A stretch of 64,000 bases of DNA from Clostridia bacterium (GCA_045578865.1 JAZNLB010000008.1:37234-101233), one strand, 5' to 3'. Counted from the stretch's first letter, positions 38,238 through 47,593 are shown. A program made the numbers and translations. Notes: a model not told the origin generated them from the letters alone.

Positions 38238-39017
38238 TTATAAGTTTTTATTTTCATCAAGTACACGGATTAAGTCTTGCGGAGTCCATGTTCCAAATAC
38301 TGTCAATCTTCGCAAAGCAGACAATCCGTCACTTTTTCGATTCGCTCCGTAGCCGCCTACAAGGTTTATAATCTTATAGCCGGCAGCATGCGCTGCAAGC
38401 AGTTCTCGCTCGCCGGCAATACCGTTAGGAAACGCAAGCACATTACATTTTTTTCCTGTATACAGCTCAACCAACCGTTTAGAAATTACCAACTCATAGG
38501 CCAGTTGTTGTTGCGTAAGCGAAGTGGAGACCTGATGTGAATGTGTGTGACTTTGGATATCAATTAAACCGCTATCTACCATTTCCTTTGCCTGATTCCA
38601 CGAAAAATGCGGATTGGAGCTGAGCGCCTTGCCGCGCCGGTCCGTAATTACAAATATAGTTGCATGAATTCCGAGTTTTTTCAAAATCGGATAGGCATAT
38701 AAATAGTTGCTCAGGTAGCCGTCATCAAATGTGATTAAAATTGGGTTGCTCGGCAATGTTTCTCCATTGGTTACATGCTGATAATACATCTCATATGTAA
38801 TCGGCGTATACCCTGCATCCAAAACGGCACGCATATGACGCTCGAATGTAAATGCCGGCGTATTTAAACTTGCATCATATGCCACCCCAGGGATGAAGTC
38901 TGCAATGTTGTGATATAATAATATCGGCACAGCTACATGATCGTTTGCCGCCGTCGGCATTGCGAAGCTCGTGAGCAGTAACGCAAGCACTAAAAATGAA
39001 CAAATTATCTTTCGCAT
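38238..39017 (-). CDS. Secreted polysaccharide deacetylase (NodB domain)
   Basis: Signal peptide MRKIICSFLVLALLLTSFAMPTAA, NodB motifs TFDDGY and HTHSH. Confidence 0.85.
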   Translation of the reverse strand: MRKIICSFLVLALLLTSFAMPTAANDHVAVPILLYHNIADFIPGVAYDASLNTPAFTFERHMRAVLDAGYTPITYEMYYQHVTNGETLPSNPILITFDDGYLSNYLYAYPILKKLGIHATIFVITDRRGKALSSNPHFSWNQAKEMVDSGLIDIQSHTHSHQVSTSLTQQQLAYELVISKRLVELYTGKKCNVLAFPNGIAGERELLAAHAAGYKIINLVGGYGANRKSDGLSALRRLTVFGTWTPQDLIRVLDENKNL

Positions 39018-39117
39018 AAACACCTCGTTTGGAATATATCAATAACATCATTATACAGCCTTTGCACCCCTTGGTCAACCATTGTAAAGAGAATGACTTA
39101 TTTTTATAATATTTTTG

Positions 39118-39146
39118 TTGACAAATCCAAGCTTATATGTTAAAAT
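39118..39146 (+). promoter_or_regulatory. Strong sigma-A promoter for tRNA-Thr
   Basis: TTGACA, 17-nt spacer, TAAAAT, with an extended -10 TGt. It ends 16 nt before the tRNA 5' end. Confidence 0.7.
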
Positions 39147-39161
39147 ATTTTCTGTTGTTAT

Positions 39162-39237
<76 letters not shown>

Positions 39238-39245
39238 ACACAAAA

Positions 39246-39276
39246 AAAGCACTTGCAAACGCAAGTGCTTTTTTTG
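39246..39276. terminator. Bidirectional hairpin terminator after tRNA-Thr
   Basis: AAAAAAAGCACTTGC-AAAC-GCAAGTGCTTTTTTT. Confidence 0.8.
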
Positions 39277-39285
39277 CGTTGCTTC

Positions 39286-39405
39286 CCTATGTACCACTTT
39301 TTCTTTCCCTTATTTTAATGTTTTTAACGCTTCGCTGAAGCGCTGGAAATGTACAACTTCTCGCGCACGCAAGAACTTAATTACATCGTTGACATCTGCA
39401 TCAAA
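39286..39405 (-). pseudogene. Truncated, frameshifted remnant of the last ~40 codons of a cotJC (Mn-catalase family) gene
   Basis: The minus strand reads DADVNDVIKFLRAREVVHFQRFSEAL. Intact cotJC at 43725-43850 reads DADVNDVIKFLRAREVVHFQRFGEAL. Across 26 aligned codons there are 14 nt differences, 12 of them synonymous third-position changes. A 2-nt indel then breaks the frame before the NKGKKKWYIG-coding tail. Confidence 0.85.
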
Positions 39406-39431
39406 AGAAGCAAATCAACAAAATTTAATTT

Positions 39432-39466
39432 AAAAATCCACGATAAATATTTATCGTGGATTTTTA
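39432..39466. terminator. Perfect palindromic hairpin, bidirectional terminator downstream of the GH105 operon
   Basis: AAAAATCCACGATAAATATTTATCGTGGATTTTT. Confidence 0.75.
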
Positions 39467-39488
39467 TTACACGGAGCTTATAATATTC

Positions 39489-40556
39489 TTACTTATATTC
39501 GAAAAGCTCAATCTCTTCGATACCGTTTTTATATGCTTCAACAAGAGCAAACATAATACATCCGTAAGAATGAACTTCGTCCGTTTGAGGATATTTTTCG
39601 GTAATATAAGCTTTGGCCGTACCTTTTTCCTTTCCTTGTCCGGGGCACAGGCATCCCGGGCAGGACAGAACTGTCATATATTCTGTTGTAATACAGTATT
39701 TACCCAGGCCCTCAATGCCCTTTTTAAAGGCTTCCATATATTTTTCGTCCTTTAAAATTCCGCATCGTATACCTACGCCGATACCATAAAGAATAAGCCC
39801 TGTTCCGGTACATTCATACCATGCTAATTCTTCATTAAGAACCTGTCTCCACAGACCTCTTTCGGTCTGATGCTCCAACATAGAATCTGTATGATCTTTG
39901 TAAAGCTTTAATGCTTGTTCTCTGTGCGGAGAATCTTCAGGCAGATATTGAACAAGTTCGGTAATACCTAAATAACCCCAGCCATTTCCTCTTCCCCAAT
40001 AATCAGAAGAAACTCTTTCCGGATCTTCAAGGCAACCTCTTGACTGATGCAAAAGTCCGTTGCTCTTATCACGGAATAAATCGTATGCCTTAAAGCAAAG
40101 CTGCGCCGCATAATCAATATACCTCTGTTCTCCCAAAGCGAGTCCAGTGTAAAGCATATACGGAGCAATGAAAGCAATAATATCAATCCACACTCTTTCA
40201 TGATACTTATCATGCGAGATTATACCCTCTTTGCTGTGTGGTGAATTTATCGTAATTTCTGCATATTCACGAAGAAGCTCTGCTGTTTCAGGCATGTAAT
40301 CCTTCATGCACATCCACGCTTTTACCGGGCCGCCTACTTTATATGCTTGGAAGTGATAAAAGGGATGGTCAAAGTTGTCAGGATAAAGTTCAAGATACGC
40401 TTTGCATTTATTGATGAGCTCCTCATTTTTACCGACATCAGCTGCCATAGCGAGTCCATGATATGCTAAAAGTCCATAATAGGCGCGTATACTCTCATGT
40501 TTTTCCTCATAGCGATTAAAAAGTTTAACCGCAGTATCAAGTATATTTACTTTCAT
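39489..40556 (-). CDS. Unsaturated rhamnogalacturonyl/glucuronyl hydrolase (GH105/GH88)
   Basis: Family hallmarks VWIDIIAFIAPYM, DYWGRGNGWGYLG, YECTGTGLILYGIGVGIRCGIL and HSYGCIMFALVE. It has no signal peptide. Confidence 0.8.
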   Translation of the reverse strand: MKVNILDTAVKLFNRYEEKHESIRAYYGLLAYHGLAMAADVGKNEELINKCKAYLELYPDNFDHPFYHFQAYKVGGPVKAWMCMKDYMPETAELLREYAEITINSPHSKEGIISHDKYHERVWIDIIAFIAPYMLYTGLALGEQRYIDYAAQLCFKAYDLFRDKSNGLLHQSRGCLEDPERVSSDYWGRGNGWGYLGITELVQYLPEDSPHREQALKLYKDHTDSMLEHQTERGLWRQVLNEELAWYECTGTGLILYGIGVGIRCGILKDEKYMEAFKKGIEGLGKYCITTEYMTVLSCPGCLCPGQGKEKGTAKAYITEKYPQTDEVHSYGCIMFALVEAYKNGIEEIELFEYK

Positions 40557-41266
40557 TACGCTTCACCTTTCTTGTGTTTTAGATTGATTAGATGTTCCCC
40601 TGTATTGTGATCATATAAATTAATACAGTCATCCAGTATTTCTATTTCCACGCCGTCTGTACGATTCGGCGCTTCAGCCAGATACCCTCTTTGCGTTCCT
40701 TTAAGATGCCAAAAAGCAATCTGATCCAGCTTTTCTGATGACAATACATAACAGCTCATATGTTTTTTGCCAAAACCGTAAAGTCCGTCATACATTGCGT
40801 ATGTGATGTCACCGTTTTCTTTTATGGATGCAGGCATCATGAGACCAGTTTTATCTAGAATCGAGGTGCCGTCAAGGGCAGCGTCCATTCTAAAATGCTT
40901 AATTCCGCAATGATGATTGCGTATTACAAGTTTATTTTTATCTGCAACATTGCAAGATGCAGACAAGTCAAAATTCGCTACAGTAAAATCAGTATATACA
41001 CATACATCTTCTGCTGATTCAATGAAGTCTACAAAAAACACAATATTCTTTTCATCGGAAAAACAGATTCTTTTTGCAGATACCGTTTTGCTGCTGTTCT
41101 CATATACATACGAGGAAACCGATATTTCGGTTTCTTCGTATGTGTTTTTTATGAGTTTAAGCTGAGTCTCATAAGGCTGCCTGTCAGCAGTAACAAAACG
41201 CCACGGATTATGTATATCAGTATACAAAACTTCTTTGCCGTTAAATTTTACTGAATACTTTTCCAT
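40556..41266 (-). CDS. Hypothetical beta-rich protein (faintly heparinase II/III C-terminal-like)
   Basis: 236-aa ORF tightly coupled to both neighbours (1-nt overlap and 2-nt gap). I can name no diagnostic motif. Confidence 0.5.
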   Translation of the reverse strand: MEKYSVKFNGKEVLYTDIHNPWRFVTADRQPYETQLKLIKNTYEETEISVSSYVYENSSKTVSAKRICFSDEKNIVFFVDFIESAEDVCVYTDFTVANFDLSASCNVADKNKLVIRNHHCGIKHFRMDAALDGTSILDKTGLMMPASIKENGDITYAMYDGLYGFGKKHMSCYVLSSEKLDQIAFWHLKGTQRGYLAEAPNRTDGVEIEILDDCINLYDHNTGEHLINLKHKKGEA

Positions 41267-41268
41267 AA

Positions 41269-41961
41269 TTAAAATTTTCCAGCGCTTTCAAAGTAGATGT
41301 CGTGAATCTGAACCTTCGGGTTGGACTTGAGGACAAAGAGGATGATGTCAACAACATCTTCAGGTTGCATCAGTTTTGTTCTGTCAACCGCTCTTGTACC
41401 CCAGAAACCTGTATCCGCACCGCCCGGGTTTACTGTGGTAACACGAATATTCTTGCCGCCTACCTGGATACGAAGTCCTCTGGAAAGCATGTTTACTGCA
41501 GCCTTAGCTGTGCAGTATAAAGGTGCATTACCATTTGCATTTCTTGCAGCCATACTACCGATGTTTACGATAATTGCCGGTTCTGCAGCCTTGTTTGCAA
41601 AATACTTGCAGCAAAGGAATGTACCCTTAACATTAACATCCATCATAAGATCATATGCACTTTCCTCGGTCTCCGGAATCTGTCCCGGAATGGAAAGACC
41701 TGCAAGATTTGCAAGCGCATAGAATTCGCCGTGTTTTGCATAGGCTTCTTCAAAAAATGCCTTTACTTCATCTTCGTTTGTAACATCCAGCGCCTTAGCA
41801 AAAACATCACAAGAAAGTTCTTTTGCAAAATCCATTACTGCTTCTTCGTTCGAGCAGATAGAAAGCTTTGCGCCTTCTTCTGCAAGTGCCTTACAAAGAA
41901 TTCTGCCCATACCGCCGCTTGCGCCTGTGATGACTACATGTTTCCCGTTATAATTTACCAT
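41269..41961 (-). CDS. Short-chain dehydrogenase/reductase (classical SDR)
   Basis: TGASGGMG cofactor motif, NLAG, and catalytic S...YCTAK. Confidence 0.85.
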   Translation of the reverse strand: MVNYNGKHVVITGASGGMGRILCKALAEEGAKLSICSNEEAVMDFAKELSCDVFAKALDVTNEDEVKAFFEEAYAKHGEFYALANLAGLSIPGQIPETEESAYDLMMDVNVKGTFLCCKYFANKAAEPAIIVNIGSMAARNANGNAPLYCTAKAAVNMLSRGLRIQVGGKNIRVTTVNPGGADTGFWGTRAVDRTKLMQPEDVVDIILFVLKSNPKVQIHDIYFESAGKF

Positions 41962-41987
41962 TTTATTTTCCTCCTGAATTTATAATA

Positions 41988-42701
41988 TTAGAAATAACCG
42001 CCGTTATCAACAACTTCTGTAGGTGTCATACCGCTGTTGACCATATCCTTGATTTCAACTTCGTTGTCACGAATTTCTTCTGCACGAAGAAGTACCTCGT
42101 ATGCAATTTCTCTAGGAATTACAATACATCCGTCAATATCTCCGAGAACAACATCACCAGGAAATACCATTACCTTGCCCATTGTGATTGGCATTTGATA
42201 ACCGATTGTACGGAATCTGCCAAGCATACCATTCGAGCTTCTGAATTTACAGAAAACAGGAAAGTTCTGCTCAAGAACACGATTCGTATCACGAACACCG
42301 CCATCAACCATTGCGCCGCGGCACCCCTGCTTCTTAGCAGCCATTGTCATAATTTCGCCCCACTGTGCGGACTCGTCATCCTCGGAAGTATCCCATACGA
42401 TAACGCTGTCCTGCGGGATTGCTTCAAGCATTTTTGCACGCTCAATCATTTCGTTTTCAAGACTAAGATTCTTTGAACCCTTGATTGTGAAAACGATTCC
42501 GGCAACCTTCATTTCTTCACGCAGGGGAAGAATATTGTTGGGAAGCGTCTGATAAAGATACTGCATTTCTCTAAGAACATCATTAACCATAGGTGTTGTT
42601 ACACCCTCGTAACGGTCACAAAGCTCCTTTACGCTGATAGGAAACGGAGTATCTTTAATCTTTCCTCTCTCTTTTGTTAATTCTTCAAGATTCATATACA
42701 T
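41988..42701 (-). CDS. RraA-family protein (4-hydroxy-4-methyl-2-oxoglutarate aldolase / oxaloacetate decarboxylase-like)
   Basis: The core GEIMTMAAKKQGCRGAMVDGGVRD and PGDVVLGDIDGCIVIP are typical of the RraA/HMG-aldolase fold. An alternative start is at 42695. Confidence 0.7.
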   Translation of the reverse strand: MYMNLEELTKERGKIKDTPFPISVKELCDRYEGVTTPMVNDVLREMQYLYQTLPNNILPLREEMKVAGIVFTIKGSKNLSLENEMIERAKMLEAIPQDSVIVWDTSEDDESAQWGEIMTMAAKKQGCRGAMVDGGVRDTNRVLEQNFPVFCKFRSSNGMLGRFRTIGYQMPITMGKVMVFPGDVVLGDIDGCIVIPREIAYEVLLRAEEIRDNEVEIKDMVNSGMTPTEVVDNGGYF

Positions 42702-42850
42702 TCCATCCTTTCACAAAAACATTTGCAACAATATAATAACACAATATCATTCACAATTCAAATACATAAATAGCTTTTTGTTTGTATAAATCGCTCATAA
42801 TTGATTGACAATAAAATTCTAATATGCTATACTTTTTATGGGTGAAGTTC

Positions 42851-43633
42851 ATGAATAATATTGATTTTTTAATAACGAAAATAAACCGAGTAATCCACCG
42901 TAAACCAAACCCTAACTGGAGCGACGACAGACTTTTTTACGAAAGCGAATATAACATAGTTATTGTGTTGGACGGAAAAGCGAAATACATAATTAATTCC
43001 GAAGAAATCAATGTTAAAAAGAATGATATTGTAATTTTCCCTCCCGGAATTGTAAGAGCCGGTTGTTCCGATAAAATAAGTCCATGGGAATTTATTACAA
43101 TCAATTTTGATTTGGATCTGAATTGTGACGAAAAAGGTTTTTTTGACAAAGGCTACTTGCTATTTGAAAGCGCAGGGACAAGTACAAGAAGCAGATTTCT
43201 CGATATCGCTTATCTATGGGAGGGCAAAAGTCCCCTTTATGCAGTTAAATGCAGGAATTTAATATCGGATATTTTATACGAGCTAATCAGGAAATCTCTC
43301 CCATATAATAAAACGCCCCACGCAGATAAGCTTGAGGCTGCGCGCACATATATACAGGCAAATTTCAGAGAGAAAATAAGCATCGAAGACCTTGCCGAAA
43401 GAATGGGCCTGAGTCAGTCATATTTTCGCAAATTGTTTACAAAGGCATACAATCAATCTCCCCAGCAATATATCATAAACCTAAGAATAAACACAGCATA
43501 CGACCTTTTGATGTCAGGCGAAGTAAATGTAAGCGAAGCTGCTTCCCTAAGCGGTTTCGATGACATTTACTATTTCAGCACACTCTTTAAAAAACAAAGA
43601 GGGTTTTCCCCTTCTAAAGTCATTCATTCGTAG
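42851..43633 (+). CDS. AraC-family transcriptional regulator (cupin sensor plus 2x HTH)
   Basis: The C-terminal region is IEDLAERMGLSQSYFRKLFTKAY...AASLSGFDDIYYFSTLFKKQRGFSP. It is divergent from the GH105 operon. Confidence 0.88.
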   Translation: MNNIDFLITKINRVIHRKPNPNWSDDRLFYESEYNIVIVLDGKAKYIINSEEINVKKNDIVIFPPGIVRAGCSDKISPWEFITINFDLDLNCDEKGFFDKGYLLFESAGTSTRSRFLDIAYLWEGKSPLYAVKCRNLISDILYELIRKSLPYNKTPHADKLEAARTYIQANFREKISIEDLAERMGLSQSYFRKLFTKAYNQSPQQYIINLRINTAYDLLMSGEVNVSEAASLSGFDDIYYFSTLFKKQRGFSPSKVIHS

Positions 43634-43662
43634 TACAAGACCTTCGGGCTAAGAACTGCGTT

Positions 43663-43703
43663 AAAAATGACCGGCCACCGCACGGGATGCCGGTCATTTT
43701 TTT
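43663..43703. terminator. Bidirectional hairpin terminator between araC-like gene and cotJC
   Basis: AAAAATGACCGGC...GCCGGTCATTTTTTT. Confidence 0.75.
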
Positions 43704-43724
43704 GTGTCCATACAGACTTTTGTG

Positions 43725-44303
43725 TTATTTACCTATATACCACTTTTTCTTTCCCTTATTTTGTATATTATTTAATGCTTCACCGAAGCGTTGAAAATGC
43801 ACGACTTCGCGTGCGCGCAAAAACTTAATTACATCATTAACATCCGCATCATCGGAAAATCTCAAAATGTTATCGTATGTCGCTCTCGCTTTTTGTTCTG
43901 CCGCCAAATCCTCCGTTAAATCTGTAATCGGATCCGACGAAACAGCAAAGCTGATTGCGTTAAACGGGTATCCGGCAGAATCTACCGGATATACACCGCG
44001 TCCGTGATCAATGAAGTATTGCGCGAGTGGACTGTTTTCAATTTGCCCTGTTGTAGCATTTTTTGCAAGTTGACGCACCAATGTACCAACAATTTCCAGA
44101 TGCGCCAGTTCTTCTGTGCCGATGTCATTGAGCAGCGATTTGCTGATTTCGTCCGGCATGGAAAACCTTTGGGACAAATAGCGCATAGACGCACCGAGTT
44201 CACCATTTGGACCACCGTACTGACTTACAATAAAATTTGCTAATTTCGGGTTCGGCGTTTTAATTTTGACGGGATATTCTAAAAACTTTTGATATTGCCA
44301 CAT
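43725..44303 (-). CDS. cotJC: Spore coat protein CotJC (manganese catalase family)
   Basis: The sequence contains YGGPNGELGASMRYLSQRF and EELAHLEIV. It is preceded by cotJB and cotJA. Confidence 0.9.
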   Translation of the reverse strand: MWQYQKFLEYPVKIKTPNPKLANFIVSQYGGPNGELGASMRYLSQRFSMPDEISKSLLNDIGTEELAHLEIVGTLVRQLAKNATTGQIENSPLAQYFIDHGRGVYPVDSAGYPFNAISFAVSSDPITDLTEDLAAEQKARATYDNILRFSDDADVNDVIKFLRAREVVHFQRFGEALNNIQNKGKKKWYIGK

Positions 44304-44318
44304 TATTTTTCACCCTCC

Positions 44319-44582
44319 TTACTGAAAATCCCACGGCCACGGGTTTTCAAGCCATGCCCATGTGTCCTGCGTATTATCCATCGCCGTCAGCGGTCCGAAT
44401 TCCTTTAAAAAAGCTACATAGGCTTCCTTTGCCTTACATGTCAGTTCTTTAAATAATTCAAGCGCTTTTTTATCATTTGGATGCGTATCGAGATATAAGT
44501 TCAAATCATACGCTGCAAAGTTGTAGCTTTGTAATTTTTTAAGCATTTCTTCCCTTCTGTTCGTTTCCACAACAATTTGCAT
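44319..44582 (-). CDS. cotJB: Spore coat protein CotJB
   Basis: 87 aa with LLKKLQSYNFAAYDLNLYLDTHP, typical of CotJB. Confidence 0.88.
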   Translation of the reverse strand: MQIVVETNRREEMLKKLQSYNFAAYDLNLYLDTHPNDKKALELFKELTCKAKEAYVAFLKEFGPLTAMDNTQDTWAWLENPWPWDFQ

Positions 44583-44755
44583 CAGCGCTCCTCCTTCAAA
44601 GACGCATTCTTCCCATAAACCTCAATCGGCAAGTCAAGTTCCGGAAAAACTGTCCCGCGCTTTAAGCCTTCCAGCGGCGTGTACAGTTCATCAAGTGTCT
44701 GAATAGGTACATAGGCATATGCGATTTTACCACATTCGTTTGTTTCGTTTGTCAT
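44582..44755 (-). CDS. cotJA: Spore coat-associated protein CotJA
   Basis: 57 aa from ATG 44755 after GGGGGAG. The motif YVPIQ...LY.P.EGL..GT.FPEL is typical of CotJA. Confidence 0.8.
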   Translation of the reverse strand: MTNETNECGKIAYAYVPIQTLDELYTPLEGLKRGTVFPELDLPIEVYGKNASLKEER

Positions 44756-44840
44756 AATAACTCCCCCATTTTTAGTTTTGAAGCGGGATCGATCCGTTTT
44801 CAATACAACATATGACAAAAGAAGACATTATGTGCACAAT

Positions 44841-44868
44841 GAAAAAGCGGTGGATAATTTCCACCGCT
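44841..44868 (-). terminator. Intrinsic terminator after spoIIE and the small ORF
   Basis: AGCGGTGGAAATTATCCACCGCT followed by TTTTTC on the minus strand. Confidence 0.7.
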
Positions 44869-45070
44869 ATTTCATCATTTGGAGCAGGACATATATGAGT
44901 CCGTAAAGCATCGCAGCACAAACAGACCAAAGCAGAATTCGCCATAGTCTTCCCTTCTGTCTGCGTTCGGATTTTTTGCAATAAATTTTACAACGCTTAC
45001 TGTATGCAGCCAACACCGCTTCCGCTTCCGAAACAATATCAAATTCATTACTTTCACTTTTTCGATGCAT
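44867..45070 (-). CDS. Small hypothetical membrane protein (67 aa, C-terminal TM)
   Basis: AAAGGAG lies 8 nt before the ATG. It has one hydrophobic helix (LWRILLWSVCAAMLYGLIYVLL). A terminator overlaps its stop codon. Confidence 0.4.
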   Translation of the reverse strand: MHRKSESNEFDIVSEAEAVLAAYSKRCKIYCKKSERRQKGRLWRILLWSVCAAMLYGLIYVLLQMMK

Positions 45071-45128
45071 ACACAGGCTCCTTTATATATGAGTTTCCTG
45101 TATACTATTTTTAACACATAATTTTGAA

Positions 45129-47501
45129 TTATACGGCATTTGATTTTCGGTTTTCGCCAATTTTCGCAACAAGCACCGTCATATCATCATTTGCTTTTCC
45201 TTTTCGGTTTTTAAGCGCAAATTCTAAAACTCGTTTTGCTGTCTCTTCCGTCTCCACGCTTGGCAATTCTTCTAAAAATCGGACAAGACTTGAACCGGAA
45301 ATTTTTGTGTCCCCCACACCATCGCTTACCAATACGATACAATCGCCGCCAGAAAGTGTATGTTTTTGTTTTTGTAATTGCGTATCCGTAAGAATGCCTG
45401 CCGGCAATGTGTTTGCCCGCACAACACACACGCCGCCTTTCTGCTTAATATATCCCTTTGCAGCACCGACTTTTACAAACTCGGTTTCGCCCGAAAACAA
45501 ATCAATGACAGCAATATCCAGGGTAGCAAACGACTCTGTGCCCGCTTTAAGCACCAAAGCAGAATTCACAAGTTGCAATGCAGCATCTATATTAAAGCCC
45601 ACACACAAGAGTTTTTTAAGCAAGCTGACCGCAGAAGCACTTTCCATGTTCGCACGCCGACCGCTCCCCATACCGTCGCTTAAAATTAAAACACAACGGT
45701 TGTCACGAATATTAAATACCGCATAGCTGTCTCCGTTTTCTTCTTCCCCGTCTTTTTTGACGGTTGCAACGCTACTGCTTACAAAGAAATTATACTGCGG
45801 CTCCAAACGAACTGCACAGTTATATTCATCAATTACAGATATACGCATTTTTTGATGCATTGCCGCAGAAACCGCTTTTTCTATATCGGCAATTTTTAAC
45901 ACTTCCTCCATGGATTCCAAACGAAGTTCAACATCATAGCTTTCATCTTCCCGCTCATACAAATATACCTCTGCCGTTTCGTGCCCGATTGCAGATACAT
46001 CCCGACGGATTTTATTTTTATATTTGCTCTCGCAAACAACTTTTTGCGTAATTTCCTTTGAAAAGCCTTGCATCACATCTGCAAAACTTTTATATTGTGT
46101 GCCGAGAAGCGCACGAGTTTCATTAAGTTGATGATCCCAAACGGCGTTAATTCTACGCATAGAATACGCATGATTGACCGCTGCAATCAGTTGCGGTGCA
46201 CCAATACATCCCTTGCGAAAACTCTCGTTTAAATCCAAAATGTCCACATAACCTTTTGTTTTCAATTTTGCAGTTAATCCTGCGATTGTCTTGCAAGTGT
46301 TTTCACTTTCTTTGTCCCAACAGTAAATACGCATACTGCATTGGCCGCACACTTTAGCGACAGCATCATCCATCACCTTTGCGTAATTTAAAGCAAATTG
46401 CTTTTCTTTTTGCGCCGAAAGATTTGCTATTGTTTCCGATAAACCTAAAAATGTATTCGACAAACTCATAAACTTTTCAGCTAAAAGCGCATTGATTCGT
46501 CGGTCGTATGCTTTTTGCTGCAACACAGAAAAACCGTCGCCACCAAAGGCAAAGTACTTTTCATATATAATTTTCGGCATGCAGGCAAACAGCAAAGCTG
46601 CAAACAAAATATTAATAAGCCCGATTTGTCCGAACGAGAAAACCGTGGTAGAAAGTCCGAATGAAACCGCAGTCAAAAGATAGACGGCGGCTAAAACGAT
46701 TTTTCCGCCCTTCTGGACGAGGCCGGATGCAAAACCACATACGGTATATACTCCGATAATGCTCAGCGGATCCGCTTGTGCCATTGCTGCAATCAGACCA
46801 ATGGTCACGCCGGCACTTAAACCGCCGCTCAAACCGCCTGCATAAGCAAATGACATAACAATCATAGACCAAAGTATTTCAGAAATATGTAGCCAGCCGA
46901 AATCGACCACATCGGATAATCCGCAAATGCCCAGACCGAACAACACAACAACGCCGAGCATTTCGTCTCGATGGATCACATGCAATTTTTCAAATTCCGC
47001 ATTGCGAATCGCCCAAACACCCGAAAACAAAACACAAACCAAACTTACAAGAACACTTTCAACCGTGTTGATCAATAAATTATAAATTAAGAAATCATTA
47101 AACAGCATACAAACAAGCCCACCGATAAAATTACCGGCTCCGGCAACAACCGCACACCACACATGGTTAAGTTCATTTTCTGAATCTGCAAACAATTTAA
47201 ACAGACAGACAAATCCGAGCGCAAACACATATTGTATACATCGCAATCCTGCCCCCGCAGTCAAAGCACCAAACAAGACGGCTACGAAACCGTAAACAAT
47301 TTTGCTTTTCTGAAAAGATGCCGCAAAATAGGAAACACCAAACGGACACAATGCACCAAACAACATCGCGCGCGACAGCAAAAAAGATAAAATGCTGTAA
47401 ATCACATCCCTGCGCGCCCCTGCCCTCGATGGCAATTTCTCTGTTGTCGTCGTTCGTTCACTTTCTGCTTTTTTATAGATTTGTACACCGTGAGTTGTCA
47501 T
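45129..47501 (-). CDS. spoIIE: Stage II sporulation protein E (membrane PP2C phosphatase)
   Basis: About 10 N-terminal TM helices, a central domain, and a C-terminal PP2C with LSDGMGSG and VLVSDGV...DDMTVLV. Confidence 0.93.
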   Translation of the reverse strand: MTTHGVQIYKKAESERTTTTEKLPSRAGARRDVIYSILSFLLSRAMLFGALCPFGVSYFAASFQKSKIVYGFVAVLFGALTAGAGLRCIQYVFALGFVCLFKLFADSENELNHVWCAVVAGAGNFIGGLVCMLFNDFLIYNLLINTVESVLVSLVCVLFSGVWAIRNAEFEKLHVIHRDEMLGVVVLFGLGICGLSDVVDFGWLHISEILWSMIVMSFAYAGGLSGGLSAGVTIGLIAAMAQADPLSIIGVYTVCGFASGLVQKGGKIVLAAVYLLTAVSFGLSTTVFSFGQIGLINILFAALLFACMPKIIYEKYFAFGGDGFSVLQQKAYDRRINALLAEKFMSLSNTFLGLSETIANLSAQKEKQFALNYAKVMDDAVAKVCGQCSMRIYCWDKESENTCKTIAGLTAKLKTKGYVDILDLNESFRKGCIGAPQLIAAVNHAYSMRRINAVWDHQLNETRALLGTQYKSFADVMQGFSKEITQKVVCESKYKNKIRRDVSAIGHETAEVYLYEREDESYDVELRLESMEEVLKIADIEKAVSAAMHQKMRISVIDEYNCAVRLEPQYNFFVSSSVATVKKDGEEENGDSYAVFNIRDNRCVLILSDGMGSGRRANMESASAVSLLKKLLCVGFNIDAALQLVNSALVLKAGTESFATLDIAVIDLFSGETEFVKVGAAKGYIKQKGGVCVVRANTLPAGILTDTQLQKQKHTLSGGDCIVLVSDGVGDTKISGSSLVRFLEELPSVETEETAKRVLEFALKNRKGKANDDMTVLVAKIGENRKSNAV

Positions 47502-47546
47502 AATGAATTACCTTGCCTTTCTTTGTCTTTTGTAACAGATAATCCT

Positions 47547-47593
47547 ATTATATGGCTGCAAGGTGCAGTTTTTTGTAGTTTTTTCGTGTCGAG
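47547..47593 (-). promoter_or_regulatory. Candidate spoIIE promoter: TATAAT -10 with poor -35, plus a Spo0A-box-like TGTCGAG
   Basis: The minus-strand TATAAT is at 47547-47552. A 6/7 match to the 0A box (TGTCGAA) lies at 47587-47593, about 35 nt upstream. Confidence 0.3.

Noticed and set aside
39406-43724. Calling the GH105 cassette a mobile element
   Set aside because: No integrase, transposase, terminal inverted repeats or conjugation genes are present. It is reported as an insertion scar in the findings rather than annotated as a mobile_element feature.
45124-45726. 200-aa ORF on the plus strand. Also 47498-47893 (131 aa, minus strand).
   Set aside because: The first is antisense to the PP2C domain of spoIIE. 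The second spans the spoIIE/FrhB-like divergent promoter region and overlaps the start of the FrhB-like gene, with no RBS.
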